Below are positions 44,670 through 53,800 of a DNA stretch of 64,000 bases, in pieces; position 1 is the first letter of the stretch, and every line of letters begins with the position of its first letter. The translations under genes and the position numbers were made by a program. Source of the DNA: Bifidobacteriaceae bacterium (GTDB taxonomy: Bacteria; Actinomycetota; Actinomycetes; Actinomycetales; WQXJ01); contig JAIRYJ010000033.1 in the NCBI GenBank assembly GCA_031267825.1, positions 32,519 through 96,518 of the forward strand. The letters run 5' to 3'. Under the pieces are notes generated by a model that worked only from the letters and a program-made list of their open reading frames with translations, did no database searches and was not told the origin of the DNA.

Positions 44670-45788
44670 TTGACCTGCCGGATTACTCCAAAGGGTTTGG
44701 CGACGGTTGGGCGCACCAGGTTAGCCGGCACAGCCAACAGACAGGCGAACGGCGTAGTGTGTTGCGCCGTGAACCTCGCAGGCCAAGACCAGACAGCAGC
44801 CGACCGAGATCGGGGACCATCCGGCCAACCTCCAAGCAGGCCCCAACCACAGGCCACCACACCAGGCCAAACTGAGGGATTAGCAGGCGGGTTGGCCGGT
44901 GGACCGACAGCTGGACCGGACGACGACCTGACGGACGGATTAGCAGGTGGATTAGCAGGCGGACTGGCAGACGGCCTGACGGCCGACCAGCTAGCGGATG
45001 CCAGTGCCGCCAGTGTCGGCAGTGATAGCAGCGCGGGCAGTGCGCTTGACCTGCTGACCGGCGGCCAGAATCTGCGTGAACAGTTTGTCCGCCTAATGAT
45101 GAGCTACAAGGCGGGCATCAGCGAGGTTCTGACCAAGATCGCGATCCTGAGCGACGAGTTCGCTTTGCTACACCGCTCCAACCCGATCGAACATGTCACG
45201 CACCGCCTCAAGACGCCTCAATCAATGCTTGAGAAACTGTCCCGCAAAGGTGTCGACCCGTCGTTCGAAGCCATCAAACGTGACCTGACAGACATCGCCG
45301 GAGTACGCATCACCTGCAGTTTCATTGCTGACACTTATCGCGTCTGCGATGCCTTAGTGGCGCAGGATGACATTACAGTGCTTCAACTCAAGGACTACAT
45401 CAAGCAGCCCAAACCGAACGGTTACCGCTCACTGCACGCCATAGTGCAGGTACCTGTTTTCTTGTCCTCCGGGCCGGCACCAGTCACAGTCGAGGTCCAG
45501 ATCCGCACCATCGCGATGGATTTTTGGGCGTCACTCGAACACAAAATCTTCTACAAGTACAACGGCGCTGTCCCGCCAGAGCTTGTTGCTTCCCTGACTG
45601 ACGCCGCCGAGACCGCCTGTGAGCTGGATCAACGCATGGAGCGTCTGCATGATGAAGTCCGGGGACCGGCCTCCGCGGCTGGCCCGGTCCTAGGCGTTGA
45701 CGAGGCCGCCATCCGGACTTTGGCCTCGCTGATCGCCGCCGCCAAGTCAGCCACACCCCCACCCAGCCCCGAGTCTTCCAGCGACTAG
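44670..45788 (+). CDS. Small alarmone synthetase (RelP/RelQ-type GTP pyrophosphokinase) with a low-complexity N-terminal extension
   Basis: HRLKTPQSMLEKL, DIAGVRITCSF, KDYIKQPKPNGYRSLH and VEVQIRTIAMDFWASLEHKIFYKY. The N-terminal ~120 aa (GLAGG repeats) and the TTG start are uncertain. Confidence 0.8.
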   Translation: MTCRITPKGLATVGRTRLAGTANRQANGVVCCAVNLAGQDQTAADRDRGPSGQPPSRPQPQATTPGQTEGLAGGLAGGPTAGPDDDLTDGLAGGLAGGLADGLTADQLADASAASVGSDSSAGSALDLLTGGQNLREQFVRLMMSYKAGISEVLTKIAILSDEFALLHRSNPIEHVTHRLKTPQSMLEKLSRKGVDPSFEAIKRDLTDIAGVRITCSFIADTYRVCDALVAQDDITVLQLKDYIKQPKPNGYRSLHAIVQVPVFLSSGPAPVTVEVQIRTIAMDFWASLEHKIFYKYNGAVPPELVASLTDAAETACELDQRMERLHDEVRGPASAAGPVLGVDEAAIRTLASLIAAAKSATPPPSPESSSD

Positions 45789-45818
45789 TCACCCAGCACC
45801 AAGCCACCCAGCCCAGGG

Positions 45819-46604
45819 TCAGATGTGCTTTAGGGCTTCGCGCCGGCTCAAAGTACTCAGTTCGACTTCGCTGGTGAACCGCCTAACCCAGTCCGGGTCG
45901 GTGTAGGCGTAGTCACGCAACGCCCAGCCGATGGCCTTACGGATGAAGAACTCACGATCCTCGGCGTTAGCCCTGATGACCTCCGCCAACAGTTCAGTAT
46001 CAGTCCGCGCACCGCGTCTAAGCTGCCCAATAATCGCCAAGCGGCGCAACCAAAGCGAACTGGCCGAACTCCAGGAACGCGCCAAGGCGGCCGTTTCCGC
46101 TGGATGAACCTCATGCAAGACCGCCACCCGGTGAGCGATCCGGTCCACATAATCCCACCAAGCACCACTGGTGGCTTGATACTGATACAACTCCACCAGT
46201 TCGATCCGCCCATGAGCCGGTTTCAGCCCAGTCAACCCGATGGCCACATGGCGTTCCTCACGCCAGGCCGCGTCATCCCAAAGTTGGCGAGAAGCGGCCC
46301 TGATAGTTTCAAGATCTGGACGATGCCGCCGGGCCAGGTTCATCACCAAACGTCGGATTCGCGGCATGGTTACGCCCCGGTAAGGCATGGCGGATTTCAT
46401 ATAAGCCTGCTGTTGGACTGCCCGGGCAGGGTCGGCCAGATCGGCCAAGGCTGTCTTGGCTTCGTCTAGTATCAGCCGCACCACGGACTCAGCGGGGCGC
46501 TGCGAGGCGGCCCGCGACCGTGTGGCAGGCGGTCGGAGCGAAGCTTCCGCCAGCCAAGACGCGGCAGGTTGGGATGGTGGCGTGCCTGGGTCGGTGGTTT
46601 CCAC
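45819..46604 (-). CDS. DNA alkylation repair protein (AlkD-like HEAT-repeat family)
   Basis: 261 aa. QQAYMKSAMPYRGVTMPRIRRL, WWDYVDRIA and FFIRKAIGWALRDY. Confidence 0.8.
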   Translation of the reverse strand: METTDPGTPPSQPAASWLAEASLRPPATRSRAASQRPAESVVRLILDEAKTALADLADPARAVQQQAYMKSAMPYRGVTMPRIRRLVMNLARRHRPDLETIRAASRQLWDDAAWREERHVAIGLTGLKPAHGRIELVELYQYQATSGAWWDYVDRIAHRVAVLHEVHPAETAALARSWSSASSLWLRRLAIIGQLRRGARTDTELLAEVIRANAEDREFFIRKAIGWALRDYAYTDPDWVRRFTSEVELSTLSRREALKHI

Positions 46605-46641
46605 GGACCCAGGCTAGTGCCCGACGGGTAGTCTGTTCGCC

Positions 46642-47517
46642 GTGCCTGAATTGCCTGAGGTAGAAACTGTCCGCCGCGGCCTGGAACGGCTCATCTTGGG
46701 CAGCGTGGTGGCTTCAGTTGAAGTCCTAACAGACAAATCGTTCCGCGGTGATCCGGCCCAGTTGGCGGGCCGGGCGGTCAACCGAATCGGCCGCCGAGGT
46801 AAAGTCCTGATCATTGAACTAGACGGCCAATTGTCCTTAGTGGCGCACCTGAAAATGACTGGCCAGATGGTTTACCGGTCAGATGAATCAGGTTGGGGAG
46901 CGGGGCATCCGACTGGTTCACTGATCGGTCAGCTACCGGACGCCTCAACCAGAGTCATATTGCGTTTCACTGACGGCGCCGCCCTGTTTTTCAATGACCA
47001 ACGCAAATTCGGTTGGCTCGCCTTGATGCCGAATGATCAAGTGGCCGCCATACCGTTACTCGCCCAGATGGGACCAGAACCATTGGACGGTGACCCGTGG
47101 CCAGAGTTTCACCGCCGCATCCGGCGCCACCAGCGGACTTCAATCAAAGCCGCCTTATTGAATCAGGCGGTGGTCGGCGGTATTGGCAATATTTACGCCG
47201 ATGAGGCCCTCTGGGCTGCCCGCACCCACCCAGCTAGCCTGGTCGGGGACCTGAGCGACCGTAAGCTGCGAGCGATACTGCGGGCGGCGGCATCGTCCAT
47301 TGAATTGTCTTTATCGCTTGGCGGCTCAACTGACCGTAACTATGTTGACGCTGAAGGTCGGCCCGGCGCCTATCTTGACTTCGCTGAAGTCTTCCGGCGG
47401 GACGGCCGCCCGTGCCGACGCTGCGGCCAGAGCATCGTCAAAACTCGTGTCGCTGGGCGCGGCACTCACTTCTGCCCGCACTGCCAACGGCTTAAGCCGG
47501 CCTCAGCTAAGAGTTGA
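46642..47517 (+). CDS. mutM: Formamidopyrimidine-DNA glycosylase
   Basis: 291 aa. N-terminus is MPELPEVETVRRGL. H2TH region present. C-terminal zinc finger CRRCG...FCPHCQ. Confidence 0.95.
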   Translation: MPELPEVETVRRGLERLILGSVVASVEVLTDKSFRGDPAQLAGRAVNRIGRRGKVLIIELDGQLSLVAHLKMTGQMVYRSDESGWGAGHPTGSLIGQLPDASTRVILRFTDGAALFFNDQRKFGWLALMPNDQVAAIPLLAQMGPEPLDGDPWPEFHRRIRRHQRTSIKAALLNQAVVGGIGNIYADEALWAARTHPASLVGDLSDRKLRAILRAAASSIELSLSLGGSTDRNYVDAEGRPGAYLDFAEVFRRDGRPCRRCGQSIVKTRVAGRGTHFCPHCQRLKPASAKS

Positions 47518-48712
47518 TCAGGCGGCCGAAGAGCCGCGCCAGAAGGGTTATCAGGCCAGCCAGGAGCCATAAACCCGCCGGTATTAGGACCCAGCCCAGA
47601 CCGATTATGCCGAAGACGGTGACCGGTTGGACAGTTTCGTAAACTGTTCCGATTTCTTCATCGGCGCTGGCCTGATAGAAGGCGATGTCGTCAGCGATGT
47701 TCTCGGCTGGGTCCCAGAAGTCGAGGTGGAAAGCTGTCATCCAACCGCCGAAGCGTTCCAGTGTGGGCTGGTCGACAGGTCCGGACCAAACCGGCCAGGA
47801 CCGCAACGTGTCACCGGCGGACGGATCCTCCCAGGCGACGTCATATTGGTGGTCAGCGAACACGTAAAGGTTGACTTGCTGTTCGATCCGCGCCGCGCGC
47901 GACAACGCCAACGGATAGACCGGGCCGTCAGCTGGCAGATCAAAACTGAAACTGATTGGTGCTAGATCGCCGCCTAAACCGTCTGGGTTGGTTAAGCTCA
48001 GCGCCACAAAGTACCAGCCTTTGGTGATGTATTGGCGGAGCAAGGGTTCGACTTCGTCGCGCACCATGAAGCCGTTGTCTTCCAGCCAGGCGGTCAAACC
48101 GTCGCTGTCCGATGCCGCCAGGGTTGTCGCCCGGAGCGGCCCAAGTTGGACTTCGCTTAGTATGACCGGCGCACCCGCTCCGCCTTCGCCGTTTGGTCCG
48201 GCCGCACCAGGGAACGGCAAGTACCAGAAGTCGTAGTGCACCACTTCGCGGGGTCTCATTTGGGAGGTTATGGCGTCGAAGTCAGCTTCATCGCCGAGGC
48301 TGACGGTGGCCGGTTCAGGTGTTGGGAAGATCAGGCCGGAGTCTTGGGCTACCGTTTCGACGCTCAAACGCATGTCAATCTGTTCGCGTTGATCTGTGAT
48401 TGAGATGATGGCGTATTCGGAGCCGATCATGACGTCACCCATTGGGTCGTTGGCTCGCGGGGCTGGCGCACCGCAGGCACAAGCCCAGGCGGGTACCGCC
48501 AGGTCAACTATTTGCAGACCGGTCGCGACCAGGACCACAGACAGGACAATCCGTCCTAGGCGGCCGCGCCTATTGGCGTGTCTGGCCTGTTCGCCATGTC
48601 CGCTGTGTTCGCCGTGTCCGGGCTGTTGGCCGTGCCTGACCTGTTCGCCATGTCCGCCGTGTTTGGGTTGTCCAGCCCGCGTTTGGTGTTTCACCAGCCG
48701 CGCTCCCACCAT
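47507..48712 (-). CDS. Membrane-anchored extracytoplasmic protein with a His-rich N-terminal tail (possibly DUF2330-like)
   Basis: 401 aa. HGGHGEQVRHGQQPGHGEHSGHGEQARH precedes the first TM segment, and a second TM segment lies at the C-terminus. The track start overlaps the upstream gene, so the true start is probably internal. The family call is tentative. Confidence 0.5.
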   Translation of the reverse strand: MVGARLVKHQTRAGQPKHGGHGEQVRHGQQPGHGEHSGHGEQARHANRRGRLGRIVLSVVLVATGLQIVDLAVPAWACACGAPAPRANDPMGDVMIGSEYAIISITDQREQIDMRLSVETVAQDSGLIFPTPEPATVSLGDEADFDAITSQMRPREVVHYDFWYLPFPGAAGPNGEGGAGAPVILSEVQLGPLRATTLAASDSDGLTAWLEDNGFMVRDEVEPLLRQYITKGWYFVALSLTNPDGLGGDLAPISFSFDLPADGPVYPLALSRAARIEQQVNLYVFADHQYDVAWEDPSAGDTLRSWPVWSGPVDQPTLERFGGWMTAFHLDFWDPAENIADDIAFYQASADEEIGTVYETVQPVTVFGIIGLGWVLIPAGLWLLAGLITLLARLFGRLINS

Positions 48713-49350
48713 TCGGATAGATACGGCCGTTCGGCGCCCAATGTGGTTGGCGCGCCGTGCCCTGGATGGACGATGGCTGAGTCGTCAAAAACGTTGAAGA
48801 TTCGTTCTGTCACATCAGTCATCAACTGGTTGAAGCGGACCGGATCGCGCCCGGTGTTACCGACCCCGCCGGGGAAAAGCGAATCACCGGTGAATAGGTG
48901 GACCGGCTGGCCTGGTTCAGCGAAAGCCAAAGCGATTGAGCCTGGAGTGTGGCCGCGTAAGGCGATGACATCGAACGATAAGCCTGGGATTTTGACTGTG
49001 TCGCCGTGTTGTAAGCTGCGGCGGACCTTGACACCGGTGGTGTTTTCAATCTCGGCCGCATCGGCTTGGCCGGCCAGGACTGTCGCACCAGAAACACCAG
49101 ATAGGGCCCGCAACGCCCGGACATGGTCACCGTGAGCATGGGTAGTGATGATGGCGCGCAACGCCACTTGATGTCCGTCACGCACAGCGGCGCGCAGCAG
49201 ATCAACTATTTTGACCATGTCGTCAGCGGCGTCAACCAATACCTGGTTACCGGTCTCTGTTGAGGTCAGCAAGTAGACGTTGTTGTCCATTGAGGAGACC
49301 GAGACTTGCCGGATCGTGACTGATGGTGTGACGGCGATCAGTGCGGGCAT
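48691..49350 (-). CDS. MBL-fold metallo-hydrolase (glyoxalase II-like)
   Basis: 219 aa. Contains the THAHGDH motif, with downstream His/Asp ligands. Confidence 0.85.
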   Translation of the reverse strand: MPALIAVTPSVTIRQVSVSSMDNNVYLLTSTETGNQVLVDAADDMVKIVDLLRAAVRDGHQVALRAIITTHAHGDHVRALRALSGVSGATVLAGQADAAEIENTTGVKVRRSLQHGDTVKIPGLSFDVIALRGHTPGSIALAFAEPGQPVHLFTGDSLFPGGVGNTGRDPVRFNQLMTDVTERIFNVFDDSAIVHPGHGAPTTLGAERPYLSEWWERGW

Positions 49351-49509
49351 TGTCCGGTCCAGGTTGTAGCGGCGTTCAGACCCATAGGCCCAACCTACTC
49401 CGTTAGTCTTGCCCGGAAAGCGGCCCAGCCGTCGGCGAGTCTGAGTTCGTCAGCGAATGACCTAATCAGGGGCCTTTTCCGAGCCAGATAGTTTGACGTC
49501 AAGCAAAGC

Positions 49510-49540
49510 GTGAACTAATTCCCCGGAGGAATTAAGTGAC
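49510..49540. repeat. Third copy of the 31-bp palindromic element
   Basis: GTGAACTAATTCCCCGGAGGAATTAAGTGAC, in the intergenic region between the MBL hydrolase and ATP-grasp genes. Confidence 0.8.
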
Positions 49541-49608
49541 GGATAGTTCGACGTCGAAGGGTTCCGGAGCGTTGGGGGACTCCGGGGCGTCCGTTATCTA
49601 ACGGACTT

Positions 49609-50526
49609 TTAGACTGGGTTGAGTCGGCCCATGATGGCACGGCAAACCAGGTCGATGCCGCCCGGGGCGAGTTCCGGGAACAAGGCCGGCTCAGTTAGTT
49701 CCAGTTCCAGTAACACTGGGTGACCGTCGGCGCCTGGAACCACATCAGCCCGGGCGTAGAGGAAGGGTCTGGCCGGATTGCCCAAGGCGTCCATCGCGGC
49801 CGCTACCGCCTCAGTTCCGAGCCGCAGTTCGGCCGGCGCTGGACTGTAACCGCCTTGCAGTTTCTCCGCCTCATAAAGACGGTCACCGCCGGATTCTGGC
49901 CCGTGCAGCATGGCCTCCTTGCGAACGGCGTAAGCGTAGCGGCCGTCAAGGAAAACCATTGAAACTTCACCCAATGTGTCAACGGCCGGCAAATAACGCT
50001 GTAGCATCACAGTCTTGCCTTCCGCCAGCAGCCGCAAAGCGTAGACGATCGCCCGGCCACGCAAATATGAATCATTCGCGGTGTAACGGCCGGCCCCAAC
50101 CGCGCCAGCCCCGATGGCTGGTTTCAGGACAAAATCACCTAAGGCCGGCATCCGCGTGTGCAGCCCTCTGGCATCCAAACCGGCACCCGGTTCGAGCCAA
50201 GTGGTTGGCACAATCGCCACACCGCGCCGCTCAAGATCCTTCAAATAGTGCTTATCCGTGTTCCAGCGCAACACCGCGAAAGGATTAGCCAACCTGGGAA
50301 CGCCTGCCGCCCAAGCTAAGAAATCGTCCCGCCGGGCAGCATAATCCCAGGTAGAACGCACTATTGCGAGATCAAACTGGTCCCAGTCAACGGCTCGGTC
50401 ATCCCATATCGCAGCCGTCACCTCGGCTCCTAACGCCTCCAGGCGTGGCACTAGCACGGCATCGTAGGCGTCTAAGCCGGGGAACGCACGGCAGGTGACG
50501 AGAGCTACTCGCTTTGTGGACGGCAT
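49609..50526 (-). CDS. ATP-grasp domain protein (RimK/glutathione-synthetase-like fold)
   Basis: 305 aa. Pre-ATP-grasp region (VALVTCRAFPGLD...IVRSTWDY) followed by an ATP-grasp-like core. Substrate unknown. Confidence 0.65.
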   Translation of the reverse strand: MPSTKRVALVTCRAFPGLDAYDAVLVPRLEALGAEVTAAIWDDRAVDWDQFDLAIVRSTWDYAARRDDFLAWAAGVPRLANPFAVLRWNTDKHYLKDLERRGVAIVPTTWLEPGAGLDARGLHTRMPALGDFVLKPAIGAGAVGAGRYTANDSYLRGRAIVYALRLLAEGKTVMLQRYLPAVDTLGEVSMVFLDGRYAYAVRKEAMLHGPESGGDRLYEAEKLQGGYSPAPAELRLGTEAVAAAMDALGNPARPFLYARADVVPGADGHPVLLELELTEPALFPELAPGGIDLVCRAIMGRLNPV

Positions 50527-50794
50527 CGTTCTCCTTCGCTTTGACCGGACAAAAACGGCTCACACAGAACTGAGCCACGCCCAGCATACGCAATTGACAA
50601 GGTGATGGGACGCGATTTACCGTTGTTTTGGATCCCGGCTGAAAGCGGCTCCAGCGAGTTCTGCCGGAAGTCCGACTGTCGCTTCCCCAGGGCTACGTTG
50701 TGACCACCTGTGGTACATAAAACCGCCGGGACCTGACCAATCCGAATTGGTTGTGGCCCCACACAGCTCTTACCACGTGAAGGCGGTGAGCCAG

Positions 50795-51937
50795 ATGAGC
50801 AAACCTAAGACCAATCCGCGACGCATGTTTCTCGGATCAGAACTAGTCGGCGGCGTCGCAAGAATACCCAACCGCGTTGACCTAGAAGATGACGATTCCG
50901 ACCGCTCGCCACGCGTACCTGACCTCGGTGAGGCGGCCCGGCTGGCGCGTCTAGCTCAGCGCGGTGTGCTTGATTACATTTCGATCGACGACGCTTTGGC
51001 CGGCAACCCGGCCTTCTCCGGTCGCCGCCGCGGGGGCCTAGACGCGATCCGCTTAGCTAGCCGGTTAGCTCCAGCCACTGAAGGCATTTTTCTGGTCCCG
51101 TTGGTCCGGGCATCTTGGGTTGAGCCGTCCAATCTGATTGAAGCTTTGATCGATCTGGAAGCCGCCTCCGGCGGGCGGCACGGCTGGGAACTGCAACTAC
51201 ATGACAACCATTCACCAATGGAACACAGCGGCCAACTGCTCAGCGCGATAGTTGATGACACCTGGTCAGATGCCGAACCGTTGACCCGGCTGGCGGCTCA
51301 GGCACGGGCCTTACGCAAACGCCGCACCGACTGGAACGCTAGCCCTGGACACGCCAGCGCGGCGTCCGGCCAGCCGGTCCACGTGATGCGGGCCGACACA
51401 CCCGAATCGGCCGCTCTGGCCGCTGCCCGGGCTGATGTCGCCCGTCTAACGGTCCGCAACCAGGATGACGCCCTGGCCAAACGCCAGTCATTGCGTCAAG
51501 CGACGGCCGACTGTGGCCGTCCTGCCGACGCCCTGAAAGTGCTGATCGATCTGACATTGGTTTTAGCTCACGATCAGTCCCACGCTGAGGCCAGGCGCGA
51601 CCTAGCTGAAGAGATCACCGGCCGGCGCCTAGGCGGCCCAGGTATCCGGTTTGTTGGCACGCCGACCGCCTTGGCTGAAGCCTGCGTTGACTGGGTTGAT
51701 TCAGGGGCCTGCGATGGTTTCACCTTCTTGCCGACCTCACTGCCAGTCGATCTGGCCATGGTGGTGCGTGAGGTGACGCCAGTGCTGACAGCGGCAGGCC
51801 GACTGCCGACCTCTTATCGCGAGCGTCAGCCCGGCCGGGCACCACGCTCCCCCCGGGCGATACCACTGCCCCGGCCCCGCGGTGCGGCCCCCACCCGGTT
51901 CAGGCACGGCCGCCGGGTCGGAGTCGGCGCCGCCTAG
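50795..51937 (+). CDS. LLM-class (luciferase-like) flavin-dependent oxidoreductase, divergent
   Basis: RMFLGSEL, LARLAQRGVLDYISIDD and WVEPSNLIEALIDLEAASGGRHGWELQL parallel NtaA/SsuD-type motifs. The ATG at 50795 is preferred. Confidence 0.55.
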   Translation: MSKPKTNPRRMFLGSELVGGVARIPNRVDLEDDDSDRSPRVPDLGEAARLARLAQRGVLDYISIDDALAGNPAFSGRRRGGLDAIRLASRLAPATEGIFLVPLVRASWVEPSNLIEALIDLEAASGGRHGWELQLHDNHSPMEHSGQLLSAIVDDTWSDAEPLTRLAAQARALRKRRTDWNASPGHASAASGQPVHVMRADTPESAALAAARADVARLTVRNQDDALAKRQSLRQATADCGRPADALKVLIDLTLVLAHDQSHAEARRDLAEEITGRRLGGPGIRFVGTPTALAEACVDWVDSGACDGFTFLPTSLPVDLAMVVREVTPVLTAAGRLPTSYRERQPGRAPRSPRAIPLPRPRGAAPTRFRHGRRVGVGAA

Positions 51938-51960
51938 CCGGTAGCCTCCGTCAGCGCCGC

Positions 51961-53610
51961 CTAAAGCGGGGTGACACCAAACTGGGTCAGACCGTAGGTG
52001 AAGGCATCAGTCAAAGCCTCCCAGGAGGCTTCAATGATGTTCGTCCCAACGCCAACCGTCCGCCAAACCTTCGACCCGTCGGTTGTCTCAATCATGACAC
52101 GAGTAACCGCGTCCGTGCCTCGCGCCGAATCCAAAATCCGCACCTTGTAATCGACCAGTTCAAGACGCTCCAACTGGGGATAGATGCTGGCCAAAGCCAA
52201 ACGTAAAGCGGCATCAAGCGCGTTGACTGGGCCGTTGCCCTCGCCGGTGGCGACCAAGCGCTGATCCCCGGCCCACAACTTGACGGTCGCCTCCGAAGCC
52301 GTGACGGCGGCATCGTCCGCACCGTCCGTCCCAGCGGCGTTACTTTGCCCGATGCCGCCCGCTTGGCCCGCGCTGCCCACTAGTGTTTCGGAGATGGTCC
52401 GCCACGATTCCACCCTGAAATAGCGCGGCGCCCCGCCCGGCAACTCGGAACGCAACAAGAGCTCAAAGGAAGCGTCAGCCGCGTCAAAGGTGTAGCCGCG
52501 GGCCTCCAAGTCTTTCACCCGCTGGGTGACCCGGCTGAGGAGTTCGTTCTGGCCACGCAGGTCAAAACCAAGCTCCTTGCCTTTCAGTTCAACTGACGCC
52601 CGGCCAGCCATCTCAGAGACCAGCATGCGCATGTCATTACCGACCGCCAACGGGTCAATATGCTGGTAAAGGTCAGGATCAACCCGGATAGCCGAAGCAT
52701 GCAAACCCGCCTTATGAGCGAAAGCCGACGATCCAACATACGGCTGACGAGCCAACGGCGCGATGTTCGTCACCTCACTGATGGCATGAGCCACGGCCGT
52801 CAGGTCAGCTAACCTGCCCAACCCAGCGCCGACCCGATCAAGTTTGAGTTCAAGATTCGGGATGATAGCGGTCAGGTCAGCGTTACCGGTGCGTTCACCA
52901 TAACCGTTGATGGTGCCTTGAACATGCATCGCGCCAGCCTCAACCGCGGCCAGCGAATTCGCCACAGCGCAGCCTGTGTCATTGTGGCAATGGATCCCAA
53001 AATCGGCTTCCACCTGGGCTTTGACCTCTGAGACGATCCGCCAGACAAGCGGCGGCAGCATGCCGCCGTTAGTGTCACAAAGCACCACCGCTTCGGCGCC
53101 AGCTTGAGCCGCCGCCCGGGCGCAAGCCACGGCGTAGAGCGGATCAAACTGGTAGCCGTCAAAGAAATGCTCAGCGTCAAGGAAAACTCGGCGACCCTCA
53201 CCAACCAGGTAGCTGACAGTGTCCGTGATCATCGCCAGGTTTTCTTCTGGGCTGGTTTTCAAAGCCTGTTCGACATGTCTGATGTCAGATTTGGCGACCA
53301 GCGTCACAACTCCAGTCTCAGCTTCCAGTAGCGCCCTGACCTGCGGATCAGCTGACGCTTTGGTGCCTGGCCGACGGGTCGCGCCAAAGGCCGCCAAAAC
53401 GGCATGACTGAGCTGGACTTCCTTGGCGGCGCGGGCGAAGAACTCAGTGTCCTTCGGGATCGCGCCCGGCCAGCCGCCTTCAATAATGTCCACCGCGAGA
53501 CGGTCCAGCAGAGCTGTGATCAGCAGTTTGTCCGCTACAGACAGGTTCATGCCTTCCTGTTGGGCGCCATCACGCAAGGTGGTGTCATAGACCTGGAGTT
53601 CGGCTGTCAT
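51961..53610 (-). CDS. cimA: Citramalate synthase (LeuA/CimA family with LeuA-type allosteric C-terminal domain)
   Basis: 549 aa. VYDTTLRDGAQQEGMNLSVADKL and HCHNDTGCAVANSLAAVEAGA. The ~550 aa length and N-terminus fit CimA better than the long actinobacterial LeuA. Confidence 0.8.
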   Translation of the reverse strand: MTAELQVYDTTLRDGAQQEGMNLSVADKLLITALLDRLAVDIIEGGWPGAIPKDTEFFARAAKEVQLSHAVLAAFGATRRPGTKASADPQVRALLEAETGVVTLVAKSDIRHVEQALKTSPEENLAMITDTVSYLVGEGRRVFLDAEHFFDGYQFDPLYAVACARAAAQAGAEAVVLCDTNGGMLPPLVWRIVSEVKAQVEADFGIHCHNDTGCAVANSLAAVEAGAMHVQGTINGYGERTGNADLTAIIPNLELKLDRVGAGLGRLADLTAVAHAISEVTNIAPLARQPYVGSSAFAHKAGLHASAIRVDPDLYQHIDPLAVGNDMRMLVSEMAGRASVELKGKELGFDLRGQNELLSRVTQRVKDLEARGYTFDAADASFELLLRSELPGGAPRYFRVESWRTISETLVGSAGQAGGIGQSNAAGTDGADDAAVTASEATVKLWAGDQRLVATGEGNGPVNALDAALRLALASIYPQLERLELVDYKVRILDSARGTDAVTRVMIETTDGSKVWRTVGVGTNIIEASWEALTDAFTYGLTQFGVTPL

Positions 53611-53660
53611 GGTGTCTCCTCGGTTTGGTTTGGTTTGGTCATAGGTGCGGTCTGGGCAAC

Positions 53661-53692
53661 AAAAAACCTCCCGCCAAACGGACAGGAGGTTT
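53661..53692 (-). terminator. Terminator/attenuator hairpin between ilvE and cimA
   Basis: Minus strand reads AAACCTCC-tgtccgtttggcg-GGAGGTTT followed by TTTTGTTGCC. It ends 50 nt upstream of the cimA ATG. Confidence 0.55.
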
Positions 53693-53721
53693 GCGCACCG
53701 GGCGGATCGCCGCCAGGCGCG

Positions 53722-53760
53722 CTACGTAATGATGCTGACCTGATAAGTCATGCCGTACAT
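53722..53760 (-). CDS. Candidate leader peptide MYGMTYQVSIIT upstream of cimA
   Basis: 12 codons plus TAG, with Val-Ser-Ile-Ile-Thr at the end. Stops 29 nt before the hairpin. No convincing SD sequence. Confidence 0.3.
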   Translation of the reverse strand: MYGMTYQVSIIT

Positions 53761-53800
53761 CGTGCCACATCAACTGGCCGGGCGCGAACTAGCCGGTTTC

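Noticed and set aside
49589-49606. Hairpin GTCCGTTA-tc-TAACGGAC plus TTTT as a plus-strand terminator
   Set aside because: No plus-strand gene ends here. On the minus strand it directly follows the ATP-grasp stop but lacks a U-tract. It may still act as a tail-less terminator, but I cannot support that call.
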